In this document: positions 1 to 9,959 of the stretch, one piece after another | Position numbering within the stretch: position 1 is the first letter of the stretch | Layout of the letters: each line of letters starts with the position of its first letter | From: a virus | Length of the DNA: 64,000 bases | IMG/VR virus record: IMGVR_UViG_3300047510_001668 | Span: 32,001-96,000 of that record | Direction: 5' to 3' (one strand) | Program-made: the position numbers and the translations under genes | Notes under the pieces: model-generated | Database searches by the model: none | The model's input: only the letters and a program-made list of their open reading frames with translations | What the model was told of the DNA's origin: nothing

Positions 1-3000
1 TGGTGTGTAATGTCCTAGAGGATAATTCTGGTCACTAGACACTCTAACATTGGTGCGTCGTACTCCTCCATAAAAATCTACTGTATCTCCAAAATATGCG
101 CCGCCGGTGCCTAACACATAAAATGTTCTTGTTCCTGAAGCATTTAAACCTGTAAAATTAAAATATGCATTGTTAGTAACTCGAGCACCGAAGGCATTGT
201 ATCCTGATAGATAAGAACTCACCGCACCCGAATCAACACTTCCACCTACATTAAGTGTTCCTGCTGTTGTAAGTTCCATTCTTAATGTGGCAGATCCATT
301 AGTATAAAACTTAAGACTATTACTTGTTTCTGATGCAATTGCTAAATTGTTAGATGACCCAGATCCTGTCCAATTTTTTTCGTATCCAATAAATGCAGAC
401 CTAGTTCCGCCGGTTTCATCAACTACCAATCCAAGCATTCTAGCATAGCCAGTAATATGAAGTGCTTGTGATGGACTTGATGTACCTACACCTAAACTAC
501 CTCGAATGTATACATTACCACTGTCATAGATAATCATGTTGTTGTAAGCATCATTACTACTATTGAATCTATAACCAGTGGCACTATCAGCAGTGAAATA
601 TGCGGTGGAGTTTAAACGAACAACGCCAGTTAGTGTCCCTCCGCTTAGAGGTAACGCATATGAACCATAGTTGCCTGAATGAAGTGCAGTATATGCAGTG
701 CCGCCTCCATAGGTACCACTATAAATGTAAAAGACACCACTTTCATGATAATACTTCCAGCCGTAGGTGTGATTGTAAAATCCAGTAGTATTTCCAGTAG
801 TCATCCATCCTGCGTTACCTACACCGGTGGAAAACATGGCTCCCCAATATCCGTTTCTACTTCCATCCACCATGAATGACCCATAGGTTGTGGCACTAGG
901 GTACATATGAGTCATGGATCCTGAACTTGGGAAATATAATCCGTATGCTGTTCCACCATGGAAATGAGCCCAGGTGTAAAAATTCACATAGGAACTTGCT
1001 GTTGTGCTAAAACGACTACCATTAACTTCAGTGGAAGTTCCTCCGTTAGCCGGAGCAGAACCTGCAGTTCCTGTCACATTGATGCTCCAAGTACCTGAAG
1101 CACCTGTTCCTGTCAATGTTGGTGAATATGAGTTGTAATTGCCTGCATGAAGGATAATATTTCCACTTGGACCTGTGAGGCTACCTCCTTGGGGAGCAAT
1201 ATTAATGGTAGACCCATTGATATTAAGAATTCCATATGATGTCGTATCGCGGTTGTATGCGATAAGGTATCCTTGTCCACCGCTTATACCGGCTTCAGTC
1301 GCAAAACCAGTCGCAGCATTGCCGCTGTACCACCCAGTGAATCTTCCTTGCCCGGTGGTGCTGATGTCGCTAGTAAACGCACGCTGCGATGTTGTTGTGG
1401 CATTTCCACTTAATGCTGCCGTGATGGTGCCTGCCGTGAAGTTGCCAGAGCTATCCCGAGCTACAATTGTACTTGCTGTATTAGCACTTGTGGCATTGCT
1501 TGTGACCGTGAATGTGACAGCAGATGATCCGTTATAGGTTTGTGACCCAGATAATCCCGTGCCCGATACAGCCAATGTTAGTGTATCTAAATTTGTTCCT
1601 AGTGCTTTACCTGAAATGGTACTGTTGGCCAACTTGTTGTTGGCGATACTTCCTGCCAGCATGGCGTTAGTAACTGTTCCCGTATCTGTTGTATATACAC
1701 CATTAGTAACAGTTGACGCATTGCCACTCAATGTGGCTGTAATTGTTCCAGCACTGAAGTTGCCACTGGCGTCACGTGCCACAACTTTTGATGCTGTATT
1801 GGCACTGGTGGCATCCACCGCCAATGTTAAGGCAGCTCCTTCGGACCCACCGTTGCCGCCTGTGATGTAACTACCGTTCGTGATGCTGGCAACGTAATTT
1901 CCTGTGGTGTCAGTACCCAATGCCACACTATCAGCAGCAATCGTGGTGGTAATGCTGATGTTCCCTGACCCATCAAATGCAGCACTTGTGCCTGTGACAT
2001 CACCCGACAATGTTAATGTACGTGCCGTTTGCCATGCAGTAGCTGTTGAAGCATTTCCAGTGACGTTACCTGTCACACTACCTATAAACGATGATGCTTG
2101 AACTGGCGCTAAAGCAAACGAGGCATGAGTGATGTCAATGTACGCCGAGGCATCAGGCTCAGGTGTGTACTGATGAAAGAACTTCCAACGACCATCTGAT
2201 TCATCTCGAAATAATCCAGCATGTCGGTATGTACCATCATTGTAATTACCGGCAAATCCCAAGTCAGGATGTGTGACAGTTGACCCAGAGTTGAGATAAA
2301 TCATGTTATCTTCAACCGCTAAGTTTGTGGCATTGATGGTCACAGTGGTACCTGACACGGTCAAGTTGCCGTCAATCACCATGTTACCCGTCACGTTCAC
2401 ATCATCATCCATGACAGTAGTACCACCTGTGGAATCAATGGTGAGATTTCCCGCAGAGGTATCAATTTCACCGGCGGCAGTGACACCAATACGAACATTG
2501 TCTGCCGTAACACCTGCAAATGTCACATTGTCAGTAGTGGCAACAGCTTGTCCAATTGAAATTTGTCCGGATGTGATGCTGACACCTGTACCTGCCGAGA
2601 AGTGAGCGCGAACTTCAGCAGCACTGGGTCCTGTATAAGTGATGACACCCGTACCTGAATTGTAACTTAAACTTCCGTCGCCCCCTGAATCAGTAACACT
2701 AATGGCAGCACGACTTCTTGTGTCCGTGTACCAAAGATTGATGGGACTGCCATCTTCAGCAATGTCATCTGTGACCAATGTTCTGGTGCCACCTAACGAT
2801 GTGGCAGTGCCATTGATGGTGATGCTGCTGTTGGTTAATGAACTGTTACCAATGTTACTTAATGTATTATCAGCTCCGCTGATGGTCTTGTTAGTGAGAA
2901 CTTGTGTTCCCGTCAATGTGGCAACAGTACTATCAATGGCGAACTGTCCTGACGTATAAGTTAATCCTGTGCCAGCACTTAAATGTGCGCGAACTTCTGT

Positions 3001-3588
3001 GGCGGAAGGACCTGTATAGGTGATGATACCAGTGCCATTATCATATGACAAACTTCCGTCACCGCCTGAATCCGTAACGCTGATGGCAGTTCTGGCACGA
3101 CTGTTTGTGAACCAAAGATTGACAGGTGTACCATCTTCTGAAATATCATCCGTGTACAATGTACCAGAAGCACCCAACGCCACCGACACACCATTGAAGG
3201 ATACACTGCTATTGGTGAGTGAACTGTTCCCAATGTTCGAGAGAGTGTTATTGCTTCCCGAAATTGTTTTGTTGGTAAGTGTATCCGATGTGGCTCTTCC
3301 CACCAATGTGTCAGTTGATGTTGGGAGTGTCAAGGTCCCAGTGTTACTGATACTGCTAATGATGGGTGAGGTTAATGTCTTGTTGGTAAGAACTTGTGAC
3401 CCAGTAAGAGTCACTAATGTATCATTACCTGCGGGGAGTGTAAGTGTAGCTGTGCCAGAAATGGCAATGGTCAAATCACCCGTCCCGGAAAGCCCTAGAC
3501 TGTTACCAGAGGCTCCAAGATTCGTGATGGTTTGATTATTGTTATCTAGCCCATTTTTTGCTACAAACCTTTTGTTAGTTGTCGCCAT
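1..3588 (-). CDS. Long tail fibre protein (N-terminal ~1196 aa; runs off the window edge)
   Basis: Absent from the ORF track because no stop lies inside the window. My translation from ATG 3588 gives MATTNKRFVAKNGLDNNNQ..., with Gly/Ser/Thr-rich beta-fibre repeats (LTNKTISG x3, TDDI(S/A)EDG.P.NLW x2, ATSANTAS..VARD.SGNF.AGTITA x2) and ALHSGNYGSYALPLSGGTLTG. Confidence 0.85.
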   Translation of the reverse strand, partial: MATTNKRFVAKNGLDNNNQTITNLGASGNSLGLSGTGDLTIAISGTATLTLPAGNDTLVTLTGSQVLTNKTLTSPIISSISNTGTLTLPTSTDTLVGRATSDTLTNKTISGSNNTLSNIGNSSLTNSSVSFNGVSVALGASGTLYTDDISEDGTPVNLWFTNSRARTAISVTDSGGDGSLSYDNGTGIITYTGPSATEVRAHLSAGTGLTYTSGQFAIDSTVATLTGTQVLTNKTISGADNTLSNIGNSSLTNSSITINGTATSLGGTRTLVTDDIAEDGSPINLWYTDTRSRAAISVTDSGGDGSLSYNSGTGVITYTGPSAAEVRAHFSAGTGVSITSGQISIGQAVATTDNVTFAGVTADNVRIGVTAAGEIDTSAGNLTIDSTGGTTVMDDDVNVTGNMVIDGNLTVSGTTVTINATNLAVEDNMIYLNSGSTVTHPDLGFAGNYNDGTYRHAGLFRDESDGRWKFFHQYTPEPDASAYIDITHASFALAPVQASSFIGSVTGNVTGNASTATAWQTARTLTLSGDVTGTSAAFDGSGNISITTTIAADSVALGTDTTGNYVASITNGSYITGGNGGSEGAALTLAVDATSANTASKVVARDASGNFSAGTITATLSGNASTVTNGVYTTDTGTVTNAMLAGSIANNKLANSTISGKALGTNLDTLTLAVSGTGLSGSQTYNGSSAVTFTVTSNATSANTASTIVARDSSGNFTAGTITAALSGNATTTSQRAFTSDISTTGQGRFTGWYSGNAATGFATEAGISGGQGYLIAYNRDTTSYGILNINGSTINIAPQGGSLTGPSGNIILHAGNYNSYSPTLTGTGASGTWSINVTGTAGSAPANGGTSTEVNGSRFSTTASSYVNFYTWAHFHGGTAYGLYFPSSGSMTHMYPSATTYGSFMVDGSRNGYWGAMFSTGVGNAGWMTTGNTTGFYNHTYGWKYYHESGVFYIYSGTYGGGTAYTALHSGNYGSYALPLSGGTLTGVVRLNSTAYFTADSATGYRFNSSNDAYNNMIIYDSGNVYIRGSLGVGTSSPSQALHITGYARMLGLVVDETGGTRSAFIGYEKNWTGSGSSNNLAIASETSNSLKFYTNGSATLRMELTTAGTLNVGGSVDSGAVSSYLSGYNAFGARVTNNAYFNFTGLNASGTRTFYVLGTGGAYFGDTVDFYGGVRRTNVRVSSDQNYPLGHYTP

Positions 3589-3600
3589 GATTCTCTATCC

Positions 3601-4737
3601 TCATGCGTTGATTGCCGTGGCAATCACTTTATAGGTTGTAACTGCATTGGTGGGTGTTGTCAGTAAACGAAGATTGCCACCAGAAACATCAGCCGTGAAC
3701 GTGGCCAAACTTCCTGATGTAGTAACGGTGCCATATTCTGTTATGAATGTATCTGTACCATCATGTATCACCATGACTTCTGTGACATGATAACTGGTAC
3801 TTGAAGTAACTTGAATGTGATATTTCACACTACGAAATGTTGAGGCAGAAATGCTATCCAACACTTGATCCACAGTGGTTGTGGAAGTTGTCAATGTCAC
3901 ACTTCTCACACCACCATTGGCAAATGTCACGCCAGCAAATGTAGGTGTAGCACCTGTGTGTATGTTTTGTGGGAGACTCAGGGTGACATCGGCAGAAACG
4001 GCACCTGACCCAACAACAGTGATTTGATTAGCGGTGCCGGTTATTGTGGACACATAGCTATCATTGGTAAGATTTAAATTCTTGTATGATAGAAGTTCCA
4101 CAACATCATTCAATGCCGCACCTGTATCAAGCACAAGACTTGTACCGTTGGTAGCGGTGTAATCATCTTCTGTCAATTTCACACCGTTCAAGAACACAGT
4201 GATGTGTCCTGCCTCATAATCCAATGTTTGAGCATTATCATCAGCACCTGTGAACGTGGTTTGTGATGCCGTGGCTGTGTATTTGTAGGTCTTGAATTGT
4301 GCAGTAATTTCATTCCAAATGTTCACAGTCTTGAATGAAACAATTTCAACCAGTTCACCCACATCGGCAGCAGTATCTAGAACAACACTTGTGCCATTGG
4401 TTGCTGTGTAATCTGATTCAGAAATTTTAATACCGTTGATGAACACGGTGAGATATCCAGGGGCGTAATCCAGGGTGTTGGCGTTATCATCAGCACCTGA
4501 GAACGTGGTTCGTGCAGACCCAGCAACAGTATAGGCAAATATTTCAAACTCTGAATTGGTGATGATACCACCTGTACTTCCTGATTGAAAGTAATCAATA
4601 GAGTTTGTATTTGTTCTATAGTATAATCTACCGTCTGTGTAATTCAGCGCCAGTTCGCCATAATCCAAATCACCGGTGGTGGGCGTTTTCGCCGCCACGG
4701 ATGACCGTTTGAGAATAACTTTATTTCCCATGTACAA
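3601..4737 (-). CDS. Tail fibre/virion structural protein with Mtd_N-like N-terminus and two ~70-aa 'TTF.GADDN..TLDY..G...VF.NG.K' modules
   Basis: N-terminal VILKRSSVAAKTPTTGDLDYGELALNYTDG; internal duplication; likely start at Met3 (MGNKV). Confidence 0.75.
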   Translation of the reverse strand: MYMGNKVILKRSSVAAKTPTTGDLDYGELALNYTDGRLYYRTNTNSIDYFQSGSTGGIITNSEFEIFAYTVAGSARTTFSGADDNANTLDYAPGYLTVFINGIKISESDYTATNGTSVVLDTAADVGELVEIVSFKTVNIWNEITAQFKTYKYTATASQTTFTGADDNAQTLDYEAGHITVFLNGVKLTEDDYTATNGTSLVLDTGAALNDVVELLSYKNLNLTNDSYVSTITGTANQITVVGSGAVSADVTLSLPQNIHTGATPTFAGVTFANGGVRSVTLTTSTTTVDQVLDSISASTFRSVKYHIQVTSSTSYHVTEVMVIHDGTDTFITEYGTVTTSGSLATFTADVSGGNLRLLTTPTNAVTTYKVIATAINA

Positions 4738-4783
4738 AGCCCCTAAAAAGGATGAAACTAGATATAAAAATACCTAGTATGAG

Positions 4784-4816
4784 AAGAACTAGAGAGGTTG
4801 TTTCCCCTCTAGTTCT
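4784..4816. terminator. Hairpin AGAACTAGAG-N12-CTCTAGTTCT overlapping the end of the small ORF
   Basis: 10-bp perfect inverted repeat; the T-run after it lies on the + strand, so a role as a minus-strand terminator is uncertain. Confidence 0.35.
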
Positions 4817-4947
4817 TTTTTTAACTTCTCAATTTCTTCAGTTAGCAACTTCACTTGTGTTGACAACATGATGTTGTCCATCATAGCGGACTTGTATCGT
4901 TCGCTTATTATAGTCATGTACTCATTCAATAATTTCGCATTATCCAT
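4789..4947 (-). CDS. Small coiled-coil protein (52 aa), possible fibre assembly chaperone
   Basis: Manual translation MDNAKLLNEYMTIISERYKSAMMDNIMLSTQVKLLTEEIEKLKKELEGKQPL; fills the gap between two fibre genes; heptad pattern. Confidence 0.65.
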   Translation of the reverse strand: MDNAKLLNEYMTIISERYKSAMMDNIMLSTQVKLLTEEIEKLKKELEGKQPL

Positions 4948-4957
4948 TGTTCACCTA

Positions 4958-6361
4958 TTAATATGTACCGCCGTCAATCACGTTTGACCAAGTGGGAACA
5001 CCTGCGTTTGACTTCAAGATGTATGTGTCTGTGCCAGCTGCTGTGGCTTGAATGGCGCCTGTGCCGTTACCATACAATACACCGTTTGTGGTGAATGTTG
5101 TAGCACCTGTACCACCGTTAGGAACAGTCAAGGCCGAGGCAAGATTGGAAATGGTGCCGCCAGAAAGATTGGCGACGATGGTACCAATGGTGTATCCTGT
5201 GCCTGATGGATTCACTGTGGTTGAAGGTTCAGCTTCTAGACCTACGAAGAACTTGAAGATGTTGCTATCTGAAGCATCACGGAAGTACCCAGCATATTTC
5301 GTGGTGGCAGATTCTACATATTCACCGTACACACCTGAGTCCACAGAGTTGCCAGTGTTGTTATCAGCCAATTTCAACAATACGTCATCAATGGTGACGG
5401 TTGTAGAATTCACGATGGTGGATGAACCGTTCACTGTCAAGTTACCTGCAACAGTAACGTCAGCACCTGACAATGTGATGGCGGTTGAGCCTGATGATGA
5501 CTTGATATCATTACCTGTAACCTTCAAATCACCCACAACTTCCACATCACCTGAACCTGACATGGTAATGGCGGTTGTACCACCTGACATCTTGATGTCG
5601 TTGCCTGAAACAGTTAAATCACCTGCTACAGCAACATCACCTGAGCCAGAGAAAGTCAAAGCAGTTGTACCGCCTGACATCTTCACATCATTACCTGAAA
5701 CAGTCAAATCACCTGCCACGGCAACATCACCTGAACCTGACATGGTAATGGCGGTTGTACCACCTGACATCTTGATGTCGTTGCCACCTACTGTGATATC
5801 ACCTGTGATGGACACATCTGTGGCAAGAGCAAATGCTACTTGATTATTTGAAACTGTTGTAACAATCTGATTTGTAGTACCAGCAAATGTTAAAGTTTCA
5901 CCTGTGTTCAATGTGTCGGTGTTGGGTGTACCTTGATTGTCAGAAATGGTGATGCTGCTAACAACTTGACCCCAGGAAAGATTTCCTGAACCATCAGTTT
6001 GTAAGAAATACCCGTTGGTTGGTGTGATGGGTAAGGTGTATGTGATGTCTGCGGCCAATGTGTTTGGCGCCTTCATGATAATCTTGTTGCTACCGTTACC
6101 TGTACCTTCGAAGAATTCAACGGCACCACCCACACTTGATGTGGCAGGTGTCAAGAGTTCATCTACGGTATTGGTGTAATATTTACCACCAATCTTATCA
6201 ATAACTGCTGTGGTGCCGTCGGATGCAATGCTTTCGATATACAGAACAGCACCGGCACCATTCCCGGTTCTATCTTCTGAATATGCCAACTCGCCTTCGG
6301 CAAGGTCGCCCGTGGTGGGTGCTGCCACACCAGAAGAGCGTTTAATTTGAATAACTGTCAT
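4958..6361 (-). CDS. Tail fibre protein, Mtd_N-like N-terminus, four 30-aa repeats, C-terminal IDGGTY
   Basis: MTVIQIKRSSGVAAPTTGDLAEGELAYS; repeat unit GNDIKMSGGTTAITMSGSGDVAVAGDLTVS; SD GGAG upstream. Confidence 0.8.
   Translation of the reverse strand: MTVIQIKRSSGVAAPTTGDLAEGELAYSEDRTGNGAGAVLYIESIASDGTTAVIDKIGGKYYTNTVDELLTPATSSVGGAVEFFEGTGNGSNKIIMKAPNTLAADITYTLPITPTNGYFLQTDGSGNLSWGQVVSSITISDNQGTPNTDTLNTGETLTFAGTTNQIVTTVSNNQVAFALATDVSITGDITVGGNDIKMSGGTTAITMSGSGDVAVAGDLTVSGNDVKMSGGTTALTFSGSGDVAVAGDLTVSGNDIKMSGGTTAITMSGSGDVEVVGDLKVTGNDIKSSSGSTAITLSGADVTVAGNLTVNGSSTIVNSTTVTIDDVLLKLADNNTGNSVDSGVYGEYVESATTKYAGYFRDASDSNIFKFFVGLEAEPSTTVNPSGTGYTIGTIVANLSGGTISNLASALTVPNGGTGATTFTTNGVLYGNGTGAIQATAAGTDTYILKSNAGVPTWSNVIDGGTY
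5430..5800 (-). repeat. 90-nt coding tandem repeat x4 in the fibre gene
   Basis: The ~60-nt segments starting at 5544 and 5724 are identical (period 180 = 2 units). Confidence 0.85.
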
Positions 6362-6379
6362 GTCTTACTCCAAAAGTGT

Positions 6380-6634
6380 TTAGTAGGTTCCACCATCTAT
6401 GTTAGGTAAATTTAATGATAATTCTTCGGGTGATTGTGTCACCCATGTTTCTTCCACAGAATCATAAATTAAGGTGTAACCATTATCTAAATCGTTGGAA
6501 TTGACATTTTTCAATTCTTCGAGATTCACAAGTGGCAATGATACCTTACGAATTGTTGTATTGATATCAGGTGCCGCATTTCCAACAGTTGTGGTGATGG
6601 CTCTGTTGGATGATGTTCTTACTGTTAAAGCCAT
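6380..6634 (-). CDS. Small virion-associated protein ending in IDGGTY
   Basis: ORF track; shares its C-terminal motif with 4958-6361. Confidence 0.7.
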   Translation of the reverse strand: MALTVRTSSNRAITTTVGNAAPDINTTIRKVSLPLVNLEELKNVNSNDLDNGYTLIYDSVEETWVTQSPEELSLNLPNIDGGTY

Positions 6635-6975
6635 TAACGTGTGACCTCGGGTGTAACGGTAATGATGCCTTCAAGAACTCTTGTGACTTCACTGCCATCA
6701 CCTACAGGAGACACGATTTCCACATCATAGACATATCGTCCAGCCTTCAATGTTGATGTTTGAGCATCTGTCAATGAAATGGTTAATTCTCCTGAGGCGG
6801 GAGTTGCTGACACCACTGTGAACGCAGTGTATGACGTGGCACCATAACTCTTGCGCATTTGACTTCGTAGAGTGTATCCTGTCAGGTTCAATGCGTTTCC
6901 ATTGGCATCAGCTACTGTGATACTCAATGAGAATGTGGTGCCTTGGTCAATGACCAGATTCTTGATAGTTGCCAT
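6634..6975 (-). CDS. Conserved T4-like virion structural protein (BppU-N-like beta sandwich)
   Basis: MATIKNLVIDQGTTF...LKAGRYVYDVEI...TRVLEGIITVTPEVTR; start trimmed to ATG 6975. Confidence 0.75.
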   Translation of the reverse strand: MATIKNLVIDQGTTFSLSITVADANGNALNLTGYTLRSQMRKSYGATSYTAFTVVSATPASGELTISLTDAQTSTLKAGRYVYDVEIVSPVGDGSEVTRVLEGIITVTPEVTR

Positions 6976-6999
6976 AGGACTCCCGGAAAATACAACCAA

Positions 7000-7019
7000 T
7001 ATTTATATGTTTATTTATA
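7000..7019 (-). promoter_or_regulatory. Two tandem T4 late promoters (TATAAATA)
   Basis: Exact TATAAATA on the minus strand at 7000-7007 and 7012-7019, upstream of the fibre operon. Confidence 0.8.
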
Positions 7020-7030
7020 ACTGTCAGGCG

Positions 7031-7687
7031 TTAAACTATGGCATCCCACTTTCCCAAGGGGCAGGATGCTGCAGCTAACTGTGTTTTTGTTTTCATGAAA
7101 CACCCACATTCAGTGCACCGTTCAGTTTTGGAGTCGAATTTGTCACAGAATCTACACAGTTCCAATCTACGGTATCCTTCCTTGGCAGATGCCAGTACTG
7201 GTAGTCCTTTGGCGGCATTTTTGCCTGTTTTCCAGATGTCTTTGGCTAGATTTCTGGCTTGATGGAACACAGATGGATATTCTGACAAATCCTCATGAAT
7301 GTACTGCTCGGACTTCAGAACCTGCTCTTGCATCTTCTTACCAAATTTAGCCTCGTAGTACTCCAATCCTTCTTCCATCATCTTGTACGCCGTGTCAATA
7401 TCATGTTGCACATCATCTATGCAGTTGGTGGGACCACGCCAAAATGCCACGTTCAGGTTGTTGGGAAGAAAATAGTACAGTGAATTGGTCAACACTCTAG
7501 GGAAGGGCATGGAATCCTCTTGAAAACACATGGAGAACAACCCCACTGGTCGTGGATGTTTCTGCACTTCTTCCTTCAATTTTTCATGTAACACATTGTT
7601 GTCACAGTGTTCCATCACGAAAAACAGCACAGGATGATTGGAGGTGTTGATGATGTTGGTGATTTCTTTGTTGGTGTTTGGCAGCAT
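7031..7687 (-). CDS. Hypothetical protein with C-terminal Cys-rich DUF6171-like domain
   Basis: RLELCRFCDKF...CTECGCFMKTKT...SCPLGKW. Confidence 0.65.
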   Translation of the reverse strand: MLPNTNKEITNIINTSNHPVLFFVMEHCDNNVLHEKLKEEVQKHPRPVGLFSMCFQEDSMPFPRVLTNSLYYFLPNNLNVAFWRGPTNCIDDVQHDIDTAYKMMEEGLEYYEAKFGKKMQEQVLKSEQYIHEDLSEYPSVFHQARNLAKDIWKTGKNAAKGLPVLASAKEGYRRLELCRFCDKFDSKTERCTECGCFMKTKTQLAAASCPLGKWDAIV

Positions 7688-7688
7688 C

Positions 7689-9959
7689 TCAGTTTTCTCG
7701 ACGTTCTTCAGGTTTATAATGAGCTATTCTATTATGTAGTATGGGTGATGCCAGTAGCACAGCAGGACGAATGTTACCTTTTCTGGTTTCTTGAAAAATA
7801 TGGCTCATCCAGGTTTGTTCATAAGGATGTTCCCACGTGGTATCCAGAAACACTTTTTGATTGCCTTCTTTTCCCATAATCATGGGCCAATTGGCGTAGT
7901 ACACATCTCCTGAAGCATACAACATCCCATCAAAATAGTCAATCTTTTTGAATTCTGTTCTTGGACAATCTGGATCCAAACCTGTGATGGGTAAACTGTT
8001 GTAATCAGGCCATACACTTGTTCGAACTGCTTGAGGCACGTTGTACCAGGAACATTGAATGTAATTATCCATGAATACTTCTGTGAAAGACAGTTTCAAG
8101 TAATCAAACTTTTCCTTCTTCATGATTTTTTGCACTTTCTGCAACAATCCCGGTACATAGGTTTGTAACCCATTTCGGCAGACATTTATCACAGGGGGTT
8201 GCATTCCCATGTCATCTTCCAAAAAGATGTAGTAGTCACTATCCGACTCTTGAAAATGTTTGGCAGCTAGAAATCTTCCTCGATTGATGCCTAGATTTTC
8301 ATGTGTGATGATGTGTTCAAATCCATATTGTTCACATATCTTCTTGTTTTCCTGTCTTGCTTCTTCATTGGTGGAATTGTCAATCAGGATTTTCCTGGTG
8401 CTGTTCAACCATTCTGGATGTTTTTCATACGTGGATAGCGTATGACGAACCTGTTCAGGGAAATTGAAAGTCAACATGTACAAGGACAATTTCGTGTTGG
8501 ACAAGTCTAAATTCACAGGAGCGAATTTTTTTCGTTTCACTGGAACCGGTTCCAACACCACATTGTCATCAATGACATTTTGTACAAACTTCACAACCAA
8601 TCCATTACCATCTAATGCATATCGACGATACTTCTCAGGATGAAGATAGGACATAATGGTGAATACACTTTCTTCAGTTCCCAAATAGCCTTGATTGATG
8701 CTGCTGGACAATAGTGAGTAGTAGGTGCTATTGGCTTCTCGTATGATGTCTTTATGACCCCCAAATAATCCCCCTCGACATACGTAATTCACAGAGGCAT
8801 CTGACATCTTGTTCATTCCCTTGATGTCGAACCCATGAATTTCTGTATTGGTTTCATACGGATAGGATAGAAACAGGAAAGGATACAAATACATTTCCAA
8901 TTTTTCAAAGAAGTTGCTTTCTGTGAACAGTTTCCCATGTACTGTTTGTGTGATACCTGCGTCCAACCAGATGAAGTAGTCAGTGCTGAAAGGATTCCAA
9001 CACACGCTATCATGCAGAAGAAACATCTTGCTCATCACGATGGGGTTGTAATATTCCAGGGTGGCTTGAGGAGAATTTTTCAACCAACCATGCTCACCGG
9101 TTTGATTCACCCATTTTTCACTGGTTCTGATGGATTGCAATTTATCCCAGAATGGAGAAAACAAATTTTTCACATCATCTAGATTGAAAACTTTAATCAG
9201 TGTGTTGGCAGGATTTCTCCGTTCACGAACAAAATTTTCAAATTGTTCAGGAACAAACACAATCATGTTTTCATCACACTCCAGAAGATGGCTGAAATGT
9301 TCTAGATAATGTTCTGCGTTTCTTCCTGGGCGTTGAATGTCCCATAATCCTGTGACCACAGTGACGTTTTTTCTGTCGCTCTTGTATATCACCACATGAT
9401 TTCCTAGATTTTCCACTCTATGACCTAATGTAAACGCTTCAAATTCTTCCTTGTATTCAATGAACAATTCTTCAGTGCCTGGATATCCTCCAATGTCCTC
9501 AATCACATAGATGCCACCAGGATTCAATCTAGCCCATAAATTTTTCAAGGTTTTCATTTGGTACTTTGGGTCATGATTACCATCATCTATGATGATGTCA
9601 AAACGTAAATGGCTTAGATGATTTTGACATAGCATTTCATTGGATGAATCAAACAGAAGGGTTGTGATTCTGTTTTCTGAAAACATGCAATCATCGGCAA
9701 TGTCCACACCATACACGTGCGCATTAGAGAAATAATCTCTCCATACACGCAAAGACCCTCCTGGGGTGTAGTGACTGTAGTGTTGGGTGTTGCCTTGAAA
9801 ACTACTAGGATGTTCAGGATTCAATGTGCCTATCCCAATTTCCAAGATGGCTTTCACATTGGTTTTTATAGGTTCGAAAATTCTGGAATAGGTACGAGTG
9901 TAACCACTTAATGATTTATCCGTCCCGTATTTCTCCACCAATTCAATTAAGTTGCTCAT
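7689..9959 (-). CDS. Tri-domain fusion: class I SAM (sugar O-)methyltransferase + HtrL/YibB-like glycosyltransferase + GT-A/GT2 glycosyltransferase
   Basis: GTDK, LEIGIG, GVDI, IIIDDGNH, PGGIYVIED (MTase); VTVVTGLWDI, WLDAGI, GGLFGG, TEES (HtrL-like); LIDNS, GINRGR, FLEDD (GT-A). Confidence 0.75.
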   Translation of the reverse strand: MSNLIELVEKYGTDKSLSGYTRTYSRIFEPIKTNVKAILEIGIGTLNPEHPSSFQGNTQHYSHYTPGGSLRVWRDYFSNAHVYGVDIADDCMFSENRITTLLFDSSNEMLCQNHLSHLRFDIIIDDGNHDPKYQMKTLKNLWARLNPGGIYVIEDIGGYPGTEELFIEYKEEFEAFTLGHRVENLGNHVVIYKSDRKNVTVVTGLWDIQRPGRNAEHYLEHFSHLLECDENMIVFVPEQFENFVRERRNPANTLIKVFNLDDVKNLFSPFWDKLQSIRTSEKWVNQTGEHGWLKNSPQATLEYYNPIVMSKMFLLHDSVCWNPFSTDYFIWLDAGITQTVHGKLFTESNFFEKLEMYLYPFLFLSYPYETNTEIHGFDIKGMNKMSDASVNYVCRGGLFGGHKDIIREANSTYYSLLSSSINQGYLGTEESVFTIMSYLHPEKYRRYALDGNGLVVKFVQNVIDDNVVLEPVPVKRKKFAPVNLDLSNTKLSLYMLTFNFPEQVRHTLSTYEKHPEWLNSTRKILIDNSTNEEARQENKKICEQYGFEHIITHENLGINRGRFLAAKHFQESDSDYYIFLEDDMGMQPPVINVCRNGLQTYVPGLLQKVQKIMKKEKFDYLKLSFTEVFMDNYIQCSWYNVPQAVRTSVWPDYNSLPITGLDPDCPRTEFKKIDYFDGMLYASGDVYYANWPMIMGKEGNQKVFLDTTWEHPYEQTWMSHIFQETRKGNIRPAVLLASPILHNRIAHYKPEERREN

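Noticed and set aside
600-3535. Plus-strand ORFs over the fibre gene (and similar Val/Pro-rich antisense ORFs elsewhere, e.g. 5052-5843, 15657-17102)
   Set aside because: These are shadow ORFs of biased minus-strand coding, without SDs or recognisable motifs.
3601-6361. Diversity-generating retroelement suggested by the Mtd_N-like N-termini
   Set aside because: No reverse transcriptase, Avd or adenine-mismatched TR/VR pair is visible in the window.
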